The notes under the pieces: generated by a model
What the model saw: the letters and a program-made list of their open reading frames with translations, nothing else
Databases searched by the model: none
Told to the model about the DNA's origin: nothing
Translations under genes and position numbers: made by a program
Virus record (IMG/VR): IMGVR_UViG_3300042328_001905
Source: an uncultured virus (IMG/VR IMGVR_UViG_3300042328_001905)
Lineage: Duplodnaviria; Heunggongvirae; Uroviricota; Caudoviricetes
Reading direction: 5' to 3' (one strand)
DNA: 64,000 nt
Shown here: positions 29,045 through 38,734 of the stretch, one piece after another
Layout: each line of letters starts with the position of its first letter
Numbering within the stretch: the stretch's first letter is position 1

Positions 29045-29287
29045 TTATTTATTACTAACAAATTGTATTAATAATTGTTTTATATCTGATAGATCACATT
29101 TTAATTCTTGAATATCATTTTTTAAATTATTTACATCATTTTGCATTGTATCAAATTGTAATTTTTTTTGTTTATTTATTTTATGTTGTTTTAATGCTTC
29201 CAGGTTAGAATTTAAAATGGCTTTATTTTCCATATTTTTAATCCAACCTGGAGAATCTTCAATTTTTCTAAAATCTAACATAATCAT
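29045..29287 (-). CDS. small coiled-coil hypothetical protein
   Basis: 80-aa ORF coupled to the upstream gene; heptad-like C-terminus. Confidence 0.7.
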   Translation of the reverse strand: MIMLDFRKIEDSPGWIKNMENKAILNSNLEALKQHKINKQKKLQFDTMQNDVNNLKNDIQELKCDLSDIKQLLIQFVSNK

Positions 29288-30738
29288 TAAACTGTAGCTA
29301 TTGCTCTTAAATTTTTAATTAACGGAACAGTACAAGGATTATTTGTATACATAACAAGTTTTATTGCGAAATATTTAAAATTATTATGATAATTGCCTAA
29401 ACTATCGTAATATGATAAATTTACATTTTGATAAGTTTCTTCAACAAAATCTTGCAAATTTGTTGATGTAATAGATTGACTAGTTTTTGACATTTTTGTC
29501 CAACCCAAATCTTTAAATTCGTTTGAATAATCATATTTATTTTGTATTTTATAAAATACTTCAACTTCTGTTCCAGCAGGTTTATTTACATCGATAAAAA
29601 CTGTTATTCCATCTGCATCGAAATTGTCATTTAATTCTATTTGTTTTGTTATATATTTGCATTGAGCTAAACCGCTTAATGTTAATTCTGAATTTGAAAT
29701 TTCTGTTGAGTAACTATCAATTAAATTTGTTACTAAATTAATACCCGTTTTGTGCAAATCAATTAAAGGGGATATATTTTTTGATGTATTTGTTAAATCT
29801 ATAGAAAATATAACCCCATTGGTGTTTGCGCTTGATCTTGTAGCAATGTTAATATTTTTGTTTAATTTTATTGGTAACGTGCTATCCAGCAAAGTGCTTG
29901 AGTCTTGTACAGTTACTGATGAGTCAGAAATATATGCTGATTCGCCAAATTCTTGAGTTTTTGTTTGTAAATTTACTGTAGTAAAATCGAAAATAGAAGG
30001 GTTCGATATTATTTCTAAAGTTTTTGTCCCAATGTCAAATTGAGCTTTATTTAATGTAAAACATAAGTCTTTTGTTTGCTCAACGTTCCAAGAAACCCCT
30101 TGTTGCGATACAACAAATGATCCATTATATGGATTAACAGTAGTTTTTTTAGTGTATAGATCAGCTGCTCCTCTTTCTGCAATATAAACATTATAATTGG
30201 ATGAATTTGTTGATAATACAAATGCATAATATCCTGGTTCTAAGAATACAGGAAAATCAAAAGTAAATTTTGTTGCAGATGAGGAAGTTAATGGTAATGT
30301 AGCTTCAATAACGTTTGTTGCGTACAGAGTTACTTTTGATAGTGGAACAACTTCTGTAGATGATGGGTATCCATTGACTAATGGCCTTAATTCAAGAGAA
30401 ATGGGGGTTCTTGAATCCTTTGATGAAAAAAATACCCCTATTGACGATAAAAATAACCCGTCTGGGTTTGTATTTGAATCGATAAAAATAGTTTGTCCAA
30501 TATAATCATTATATTTTAATGACGAAAGGTTTGACTGTTGTGTTGACAAATACACAGAGTCAAAGTCTGAATTTAATTCAGACTCCGACATATTTGTGTT
30601 TATAATTTTAGTTGCCCAATAATGTATTTCTTCTGGGAAATATTTTCTTTCTTCGGAAATATTTCTTGATTGTATATATTGAGAAGTTAGAAATTTATTT
30701 TCAACTATATTTTTTGCTTGAGAATAATTTGTTATCAT
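29287..30738 (-). CDS. virion structural protein resembling the C-terminal part of DUF4815/VrlC-like proteins
   Basis: GQTIFI..GLFLSSIGVFFSSKD..PISLELRPLVNGYP, KYITKQIEL, FAIKLVM, PLIKNLRAIA. Confidence 0.7.
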   Translation of the reverse strand: MITNYSQAKNIVENKFLTSQYIQSRNISEERKYFPEEIHYWATKIINTNMSESELNSDFDSVYLSTQQSNLSSLKYNDYIGQTIFIDSNTNPDGLFLSSIGVFFSSKDSRTPISLELRPLVNGYPSSTEVVPLSKVTLYATNVIEATLPLTSSSATKFTFDFPVFLEPGYYAFVLSTNSSNYNVYIAERGAADLYTKKTTVNPYNGSFVVSQQGVSWNVEQTKDLCFTLNKAQFDIGTKTLEIISNPSIFDFTTVNLQTKTQEFGESAYISDSSVTVQDSSTLLDSTLPIKLNKNINIATRSSANTNGVIFSIDLTNTSKNISPLIDLHKTGINLVTNLIDSYSTEISNSELTLSGLAQCKYITKQIELNDNFDADGITVFIDVNKPAGTEVEVFYKIQNKYDYSNEFKDLGWTKMSKTSQSITSTNLQDFVEETYQNVNLSYYDSLGNYHNNFKYFAIKLVMYTNNPCTVPLIKNLRAIATV

Positions 30739-30764
30739 GTAAAAGTTCTCTATTTTAAAAATTA

Positions 30765-33700
30765 TTAAAACGCTTTAAGTGTGTTAAGATATTCAATTAA
30801 CGCATCATACTCAGTTGATCCAAAATACGCATTGTGAGTCGTGCTAGGAAATTTTGCAAGCCAAGTTTTCAACGCATCGTAAGCGCCTTGGGAATATAAT
30901 TTATTTGCCTTATTTGTAATATTAAATTCCCAAACAGTATTCGTTAATGTTTCTGAATGCGATATTGTTGAACTGATTAATTGATTTGAAATACTATCAA
31001 AAACTTCAGTTTTTATTGAAATTGTTTTTGTTTCGACAACTTTCGTATTATAGTAACTCCATTCTGGAGTTAGGCCAGCAAACCATATAGGGGTTACAGT
31101 CCAACCATGGAACGGAGCTCGCGTAAAATAATTTATGTCATTTATTTTAGCATCTTGTTCGTATGCTAAAATATTTATTGTGGCTTGACCTTTTGTTTTT
31201 TTATCTACTACAGAGTATCCACCGCCAGAAGGTTTATTTTGTGCATAATTATCGTATTTTACAAATTTTTCACTAAGAGAAGTTAGGTTGTCAAATACAT
31301 GTGTCGGGAACCCTGACGTCCACTGAGTTCCTGGAGCTAAAATTATTTTTAATTGTGCTTGAACCCATCCTCCTGCTACATCATCTTCGTCACCTTGAAC
31401 CACTACACTTAATCCAGCCATGCCGACACCGGATTTGTCGGTAATTTTCTCTGTTATTGTGCGCCAAGTTGGATCTTCGTTTGTTGCGTTCCACTTCACA
31501 CTCTTCAACCCTCCGCCAAATCCAAGAAGGGTTGCTTCAACGGATGCAATTTCAGGGACCCAAGTATCTGGATCCAAGTCAGATACAACAGTATAGGTTG
31601 AGTTCGTTATCGGAGTTAATACAGTTCTTGTTTTTGATTGTACTTTATTGATAAGGTTTATAATTTCAGAAGGGAAATTAGTTGCATCAGAACTCCCAAA
31701 AAGTGCAGCATACGGATAATTAACAAGATCTTGGTTTTCTGATCCTCCAGTAAATACAACTGGTTGACCTACATTCCAATTTAATGGCGTAAATGTTAAT
31801 GATGCCCCTGCGGTAACAGTAGCAATCGTGCTAGGGTTTACTGATGTCGATATGGTGACATTAGATGCTGGTTGTTTTGATAACGAAACTGTTGCAGTAA
31901 CTGTCCCACCCAAAGTAGTTGTATAAAACTTTCCGCCGCTTGGGGGTTCAGAACTTGATAGTGTTATGATTAATTTTCCAGGAATTGAGATAGTCTTATC
32001 TAAATTCACTACATTAACTGAATTTGTTAATCCGTTCCATGAACTATTTACTGAAGATGTCGATAAATTGACTGAATATGTTATATTCCCGTCAATAACA
32101 GAATCGGCAACCCCTGTTACTTGAACACCTTTATCGGTTGACCAATCAGAAGAAGTAAACACAACCATAGTATTTCCTGGAACAAGAGTAGTTCCATTTT
32201 GGCGTTTTCCTGTGATAGTACCTTCTGTTGTATCGCTTGATGTTGCAAATACATAAACATCTTGGGATGGTTGTTTGCTTAGGTGAAAATATACGTCAGT
32301 TGTTCCTCCGTCTTCAGTCGTTTGTCTTAATGAAGAAGAAGAAATAACTATTGCTGGATTTATTGTTGGGACAGTAGAAATATGGTTGAATGGTGTTGTT
32401 CCAACAACACCATTCCAATAACTTGCTCCACTTGTTGAAGTAACTGTAATAGTAGAAGATGATTGCCCTGTTTCTCCAAATTTCAACCTTACTCGAAAAT
32501 CTTTAAAATCTTGAATGTTTGATACTGTAATGGTATTTGTGTTTTGGATAATAGAACTATTTGGTGGTATTATCCCATTAATTGTACAAACGCTGGTATT
32601 TGATGAAGAAACAGTAAATGTTATTGGTAAATACTCTGTCAATAGAGAACCGGATGGAGTAACTATAAAATCAGTTAGCCCATCTTGTCTCATATCAAGG
32701 ATAGAACTACATGAAATTTTTGCTGCTATTTGCGAATTTAAACGTTTTGATTCAGCAATCAATTTTGAATAGGTTACTCCTGTTAAATTTGTATTTAACC
32801 AAGATTTAGCTGGTTTTGGTCCAGTGTAGTTGTATCCACTATCAGTTGATGAACCGTAAAATTCCAGATAAGAAAACAGATGATTATCTAAATCAACGGA
32901 TTGTTTTGCCCCTAAATTGTATGGAATTGAAATTAATTGTGGAGTATTCCAATTCATAGTTGTGAATGTCAATGTACTCGGAGAAATACTATATGTTGTA
33001 TTCGCCGATTGATCAGTTAATGCGTTAACCCAAGAAACAGTAACAGAACTATTTGGTTTTTTATTTAAATAAATTGGAATAGAAATTGTTCCAGTTTGTA
33101 AACTTGTGTATGGTATATTATCAATATCGTTTCTGACAATATAAGTTACATCTTGAGCAATAATTTTTGCTCCTTGAGTTGGGCTAGGAGTATTATCTTG
33201 ATTGACAACAGTTATATAAGGTTCTCTAATTGAAGTTATTGTTTGTTGACGAACAACTGATTTTCCAGAAGAAAAAAATGTTGCTTCTGCTTTACTCGCA
33301 CAAGAATTAAAATCATAATTGGGGTTATCACAAATAACTAAATGCAATTCTCCGGAAGGGAATTTTAAAATATCATCATTCGGTATTATTAATGACCCAG
33401 AACAATTTCCAAATTCATTTGAGTACAAATCGCTGCCTAAAACTGGGGTTGTTGATAATAAAAAGGAAGCATTAGAACCTGTTCCTGAAATGGTGTATGT
33501 GATATTTGTAATTGCAGTATTAGGGGTTTGGGGGGAATATCCACTACCCTTAGAAGTAAATTCAGCTGAGGATATTGTTCCAGAAAATACTTCGACTGAA
33601 ATTGTTGCAGTCGAAGTATTTGCTCCTTGAATAGAAACAATTGTATTGCTGGAAGAATATCCAGAACCTCTATTTGTTATGGTTGCAGTTTCAATTTTTC

Positions 33701-36700
33701 CTATCGGGTTTTCTGAAGGGGTTACATACCCATTCACCAATCTTCCATTAATATAAACATACATTTTTGTTAACGGGGCTAGATTTGATGCTGAGAACCG
33801 AATAATGGAACTTCTTGCAAACGGGATAATATTTGAAGCTAATTCTTTAACGGTATCGGATTGTTTAACTAATGCAGTACCTACTCCATATGTCACTCTA
33901 TTTGTGTCATTTTGGACAGTAACATTTGTTAATTTATCTGATTCTACCGTATATGGTCTGGTTGAATAAAATGTGTTCCAGTCATTATATACTTGTCCTG
34001 GAACCGATAAAGCTGTTGAAAGCGCTTCTGTATCTGCATTGACAATATTAATAATAGGTTTATTTTCTGTATCAACCCAGTTATCTGATTGCGGAGACAA
34101 AATAAAATCACCAGAATACGAAATAACGTCGAATGGATTACAATTTTCAGTAGATGTTGCAGAAAATTGATTAATGAATTCAATTTCACTATACCCAAAT
34201 GAAATTATTCCATTTTTTTCATTTAATCCATTTAAAGATTCAATGCGAGGATTAAATTCTTGGCATTTAAATGATGGTCTTAAAATTTGATTTTCTAAAT
34301 CAAGAGAACAGTTAAAATAATTGTCTGCAATAGACATTGTGCCGTAACCAATAAATGGGTCAACAACAAACCCATTTGTCATTCTTTCTCCTGTTGTTGT
34401 GTCATAGATATTTCTTGACATGACATCTTTTTCGACCATATTTAAAGATGTATAATATTCAACGTTTGATAATCTTGTATCAAGATTACCAATGTCATCC
34501 ATCGTATATCTTTTATGTTTTTTATATGTGATGGAAATTTCGGAAGGTGATGCTGTGTACGGGTTAATTTGAACAGTTGCAATTGTCATTGCATTTGACA
34601 TATCAGCTGGTTGAACATAATTTGTGTAAGATGGGACACCAATTAACCATTGAAATTTTTTTGCGTCAGTTAAAATTAATTTATCAATCCTACCAAGGTA
34701 ATATTGCATATCAAAAAAGATACCATCAAATAAAGTTGATGGGATTTGATAGGTATCAAATGAATATGATGGGGCATTATTTGTTCTTCTTGGTCTAAAA
34801 TCAAAATAATTCCTAATATCATAGGTTTTAGCGTTGATATTATGTTTTGGTATTTGGGAATATTGAGTTGGATATGAAGCGTAACTAATATAATCACCAG
34901 TAGAAGAATGAGTATAATAATTAAATAATACAAATACTTGTTTTTCGTTTTCGAAACTTTTTGCAGAAATATAACCGTGATCATATATTGCTTCAGTTTG
35001 ACCATTATTTAAATTATATTTTGGTGTAACATTTTCTAACTTACTCCATTGAGGATTAACATTATCTGGTTTTATATTTAAATTATTATCTTCATTGGAA
35101 ACAAATAATTCTTCGCCAACTAAAACAACGTTATATTTTGAATATGTAGTTGAAGAAGACCAAGAACCATTATATGTTACAGAAATAGTTTGGTTATCTG
35201 AATATGGCGTGTAAAATACCCCTAGAAATTTAGAAATATCTGCTATACCTAAACTTGTTGGAGAAATTTTTGCATCAACTGCTGACACAGCACCGGATTG
35301 TTCTGTTTTTGTTTTTGGTGTTGCGCTTAAAATGTCTATTGCATATTTAATGCCGATTTGTCCGTTATATCCATTAGTAAATGTTATGGTTGCAGTGTAT
35401 TCTGAAATACCTTGTTGTACAACAATTGAAACATTGGACAAGTCAATGTATTCTCCAGCAGAATATGCTCCGTTTGTTGTTTGAGCAACAATAACAAAAG
35501 TTGACTTTTTCAACTCAGTTGATAGTGTTCCTGTACCAGCTGAAAATATTTTATTCAATGAATTTGTATGTAGGGTGGCTGAATTCGCTGATACAGTTAC
35601 TGTGTCGAAAATATCAGTTGAAAATTGTACATTTGATAATGAGGAAACGTAATTATATGGTAATTGATATAACAAAGAATTATAAGTTGAATCTACAACT
35701 GGTAAAACTCCATTCGTTAATACTGTATTTGCCGAAAATAATTTTGTATTATAATCCAACCCTGTTGGTTTCACAACGGATTTTACTGCGCTAATGTCTA
35801 AAGCAGAAACATTATATAAATTTAAATAATATTCTGAATCTGAAACTTGTTTTAAGTTTCTTACAAATGCATATCCAACTAATGTTGAAGAATTTGCTGA
35901 AACAGTATCAGTAGAATGTAGCTCAACTTTAGCAGAAGAAGCTGCGTTTAAAAATTCCCCGAATGGATTAGTAATTGAAATGCGATTACCATAATACATC
36001 GACATTTCATTATTTAATGATGTTGCAACATCTCTGCCCTTTTTTACTTGAAAAAATTGCGGAGAATTATTTGTGAATTCATAACCAAAAACGTATGCTT
36101 TTCCAGGAGATATTTCTGCTTGCATGGTTGATGCTGATTCAGAAAAATCTGAATCGTGGAATGAAAGGTTAAAGTCCTTTACAACAAAATTTCCTGCGTG
36201 ATCATACATTTGTCTGGCAAGAATATCTTCTATTGCACCCAGTTTAGCTCCAGTTGTATCGCTTACAATTTTACCGTCTTTAATTCTCAATAATTCTATA
36301 AATTTATTATCTGTCAAATTTTGTATTTCACCGCTAACGAATGGTTTTGATACTAATTTAAGATAAATTTTATATCTATCTGCTCCAGGGGCAGTATAAT
36401 TGTTTGATCCTTGCGCTGGATCTAATAATGAAGTATCATCGACGAAATCAACTATAGTCTCAACAACTTCATAACCAATAACACAAGAAGGGTATTGTGT
36501 TTTTAAATTTGGTATGGTAGTTTGCGGCAATGCTTTCACAAAATTATTATTTGTAAAATACACACCAGAATCAAACCCAATTTCCATAATATATCTTGAT
36601 GCAAATTTTGTTACAGTAATGGTGACATTACTGTAACTCTCATCAAGAGGTTTATTTACAAAAACACCATTACTGGTAATTTCAGTAACAACATATTTAT

Positions 36701-37307
36701 CATATGGGTTATTTGAAGATTGTATTGACAACACATCCCCAACTTCAACGGAAATGGTTGTCATATAGAATTCTGTTGAATTCAGTGTACCATTGCATCC
36801 ACTTACTGTTGTTGTTGTATCTGTTTCTAAAGTTGCCGTATAGTTGGTTTGCAAAGAAGAGTTTGACAAACTTTGTATTGCTAAATCTTTTGATGAAAAA
36901 ATATTTAATGTTTCTCCAGAAGAAAAATTTTTACTAATATTAATAATTGGTTTTACTGTTAAATAGTAATTAACTACATCGATATCTGTAATTATACCAA
37001 GGCATCCAGAAGTTGTCCCAACAATATATAAATCTGAAAAATATTGGATATTTGTTGCTAGATCGTTTGAATTTACTAACTTTAAACTTAAAGCGTTTGT
37101 ATCGACGAAATATCGCCCACCATTTACTTTTGATCCATCAGATAAAACAAATTTACCTAACTTACCAATTTGGTCTTGTAAAATCGTTTGGGATTGAGTT
37201 AATTCTCTAGCCTGGACTGCTACGCCAGGTTTAAATAAAATTTTATGAAAATTTTTATCTTCTTCAAAATCGTCATGGTATGGTTGTGTATTAAAATTTA
37301 AACTCAT
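30765..37307 (-). CDS. large baseplate/tail protein (DUF4815/VrlC-like) with C-terminal Ig-like repeats
   Basis: PYHDDF..KILFKPGVAVQARELTQSQTILQ, APGADRYKI, RYTMDDIG..RLSNVEYYTSL; repeated LTFT..NWN..Q motifs. Confidence 0.85.
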   Translation of the reverse strand: MSLNFNTQPYHDDFEEDKNFHKILFKPGVAVQARELTQSQTILQDQIGKLGKFVLSDGSKVNGGRYFVDTNALSLKLVNSNDLATNIQYFSDLYIVGTTSGCLGIITDIDVVNYYLTVKPIINISKNFSSGETLNIFSSKDLAIQSLSNSSLQTNYTATLETDTTTTVSGCNGTLNSTEFYMTTISVEVGDVLSIQSSNNPYDKYVVTEITSNGVFVNKPLDESYSNVTITVTKFASRYIMEIGFDSGVYFTNNNFVKALPQTTIPNLKTQYPSCVIGYEVVETIVDFVDDTSLLDPAQGSNNYTAPGADRYKIYLKLVSKPFVSGEIQNLTDNKFIELLRIKDGKIVSDTTGAKLGAIEDILARQMYDHAGNFVVKDFNLSFHDSDFSESASTMQAEISPGKAYVFGYEFTNNSPQFFQVKKGRDVATSLNNEMSMYYGNRISITNPFGEFLNAASSAKVELHSTDTVSANSSTLVGYAFVRNLKQVSDSEYYLNLYNVSALDISAVKSVVKPTGLDYNTKLFSANTVLTNGVLPVVDSTYNSLLYQLPYNYVSSLSNVQFSTDIFDTVTVSANSATLHTNSLNKIFSAGTGTLSTELKKSTFVIVAQTTNGAYSAGEYIDLSNVSIVVQQGISEYTATITFTNGYNGQIGIKYAIDILSATPKTKTEQSGAVSAVDAKISPTSLGIADISKFLGVFYTPYSDNQTISVTYNGSWSSSTTYSKYNVVLVGEELFVSNEDNNLNIKPDNVNPQWSKLENVTPKYNLNNGQTEAIYDHGYISAKSFENEKQVFVLFNYYTHSSTGDYISYASYPTQYSQIPKHNINAKTYDIRNYFDFRPRRTNNAPSYSFDTYQIPSTLFDGIFFDMQYYLGRIDKLILTDAKKFQWLIGVPSYTNYVQPADMSNAMTIATVQINPYTASPSEISITYKKHKRYTMDDIGNLDTRLSNVEYYTSLNMVEKDVMSRNIYDTTTGERMTNGFVVDPFIGYGTMSIADNYFNCSLDLENQILRPSFKCQEFNPRIESLNGLNEKNGIISFGYSEIEFINQFSATSTENCNPFDVISYSGDFILSPQSDNWVDTENKPIINIVNADTEALSTALSVPGQVYNDWNTFYSTRPYTVESDKLTNVTVQNDTNRVTYGVGTALVKQSDTVKELASNIIPFARSSIIRFSASNLAPLTKMYVYINGRLVNGYVTPSENPIGKIETATITNRGSGYSSSNTIVSIQGANTSTATISVEVFSGTISSAEFTSKGSGYSPQTPNTAITNITYTISGTGSNASFLLSTTPVLGSDLYSNEFGNCSGSLIIPNDDILKFPSGELHLVICDNPNYDFNSCASKAEATFFSSGKSVVRQQTITSIREPYITVVNQDNTPSPTQGAKIIAQDVTYIVRNDIDNIPYTSLQTGTISIPIYLNKKPNSSVTVSWVNALTDQSANTTYSISPSTLTFTTMNWNTPQLISIPYNLGAKQSVDLDNHLFSYLEFYGSSTDSGYNYTGPKPAKSWLNTNLTGVTYSKLIAESKRLNSQIAAKISCSSILDMRQDGLTDFIVTPSGSLLTEYLPITFTVSSSNTSVCTINGIIPPNSSIIQNTNTITVSNIQDFKDFRVRLKFGETGQSSSTITVTSTSGASYWNGVVGTTPFNHISTVPTINPAIVISSSSLRQTTEDGGTTDVYFHLSKQPSQDVYVFATSSDTTEGTITGKRQNGTTLVPGNTMVVFTSSDWSTDKGVQVTGVADSVIDGNITYSVNLSTSSVNSSWNGLTNSVNVVNLDKTISIPGKLIITLSSSEPPSGGKFYTTTLGGTVTATVSLSKQPASNVTISTSVNPSTIATVTAGASLTFTPLNWNVGQPVVFTGGSENQDLVNYPYAALFGSSDATNFPSEIINLINKVQSKTRTVLTPITNSTYTVVSDLDPDTWVPEIASVEATLLGFGGGLKSVKWNATNEDPTWRTITEKITDKSGVGMAGLSVVVQGDEDDVAGGWVQAQLKIILAPGTQWTSGFPTHVFDNLTSLSEKFVKYDNYAQNKPSGGGYSVVDKKTKGQATINILAYEQDAKINDINYFTRAPFHGWTVTPIWFAGLTPEWSYYNTKVVETKTISIKTEVFDSISNQLISSTISHSETLTNTVWEFNITNKANKLYSQGAYDALKTWLAKFPSTTHNAYFGSTEYDALIEYLNTLKAF

Positions 37308-37320
37308 TTTTCCTTAAACC

Positions 37321-38721
37321 TTAGTAAGTAAGCGTTAATCTAAACTGTTCTAAGCCAGTTGAAGTTCTTTGAACTTTTGTTCTATTCTCAATATAAATTA
37401 TGTTTCCTGAAAATGGCACAATTTGCTCTACTGTTTCTTGTAATACGATTCTTAGCGCATTTGAATCCGACCCATTTAAAACATCATTTAATTTTATATT
37501 TCCTTGAGTATTTATAAGGTATAAAATATTATTTATTGAATCAAAGTTTAAAACTCTTCCGGAAAACGAAGATTCTTCTAATGATTTGCCTTGATATACA
37601 ATTTCATCTTGGACAAAAATTCCAACACCAGCGGAAACTGTTATGTCTTGAGTTGATCTGTATATTGATGAATTTGCAAATTGTGCTGTTGTCCCAACAA
37701 TAATTTCTGGATTTGCTAATAACCCAATTTGCCTATAATCAATATTGTCTGGCAATGTTCCGGATTCGGTTCCATTAAATTCAGCAGTAATCATTACTGT
37801 TCTGCAGCCAAGTTCTTGTAGCAAATCAAATCCGTGTCCTCCAATTGGAGAAGGTTCTGCAATTAAAATTGATCCATTTCCGGAATTTCCTGCTGTTGGT
37901 GAAATTATCGCAGTTGCATATGTATAATTTGAACCTGTATTCGCCATTAAAATTTCAGAAACAACATTTCCACTTATAATCGCTTTTGCTGATGCACCAG
38001 TCCCATCACCAACAATAGTTACAGTTGTTGTTGTGTTTGTTGCATTATCGTCCACATAATTTGAGCCTGAATTATAAACATTTATAGTTGAAATTTCACC
38101 AGCGCCATATATATTATCTCCTATAGTTTTTCTATTTGTTAATATTGGTAAAGGGATCCAATTTTCATCAAAAAATTTTAATTTTGCTCCGGAATCAATT
38201 GTATATACAAATTTCCACTTATACCCATCTCCTGGTTCAATCAATGTATTTCCAATATTTGTTGAGAAATCAATAACAGGTTCAATAGTTGATGGTGTTC
38301 CATTTGGATTTGTTGTAGTTGCATTATTACTTAAACATTTAAAAACTTGATCATAAGAATTTTTTACATAAAATTTATTCAGCAAATGCCCGCTATCATC
38401 AAGTTGGAATAGGTTTTTATTGGATGAATATTGTGAATATGTTATTCCACCTTTCCAATCTATTCTTTCTATCACTGCCCCAATATCATTACTATTAATT
38501 TTTTTAATTGCGACTAAATTTTTATATGTTGTTTTCATATAAAAATTATTATCAAGCGTAAGAGGGGGCACATTCTCGTCATCCCAAGGTTCTATTTTTG
38601 AGATAAAACAATATAAATTTAAATATTCTTCTCCACTATTTTTAAAAATTAAATTTGGGGTATAGTATGTTTTTAGAACTTCTTGAGAAAATCCAGAAAC
38701 TGGTATTAAACCTTTAATCAT
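37321..38721 (-). CDS. gp8: baseplate wedge subunit
   Basis: RIDW, FYVKNS..VFKCLSN, DGYKWKFVYTI, PIGGHG, YRQIGLL. Confidence 0.88.
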   Translation of the reverse strand: MIKGLIPVSGFSQEVLKTYYTPNLIFKNSGEEYLNLYCFISKIEPWDDENVPPLTLDNNFYMKTTYKNLVAIKKINSNDIGAVIERIDWKGGITYSQYSSNKNLFQLDDSGHLLNKFYVKNSYDQVFKCLSNNATTTNPNGTPSTIEPVIDFSTNIGNTLIEPGDGYKWKFVYTIDSGAKLKFFDENWIPLPILTNRKTIGDNIYGAGEISTINVYNSGSNYVDDNATNTTTTVTIVGDGTGASAKAIISGNVVSEILMANTGSNYTYATAIISPTAGNSGNGSILIAEPSPIGGHGFDLLQELGCRTVMITAEFNGTESGTLPDNIDYRQIGLLANPEIIVGTTAQFANSSIYRSTQDITVSAGVGIFVQDEIVYQGKSLEESSFSGRVLNFDSINNILYLINTQGNIKLNDVLNGSDSNALRIVLQETVEQIVPFSGNIIYIENRTKVQRTSTGLEQFRLTLTY

Positions 38722-38734
38722 TAGTTTACCATTG

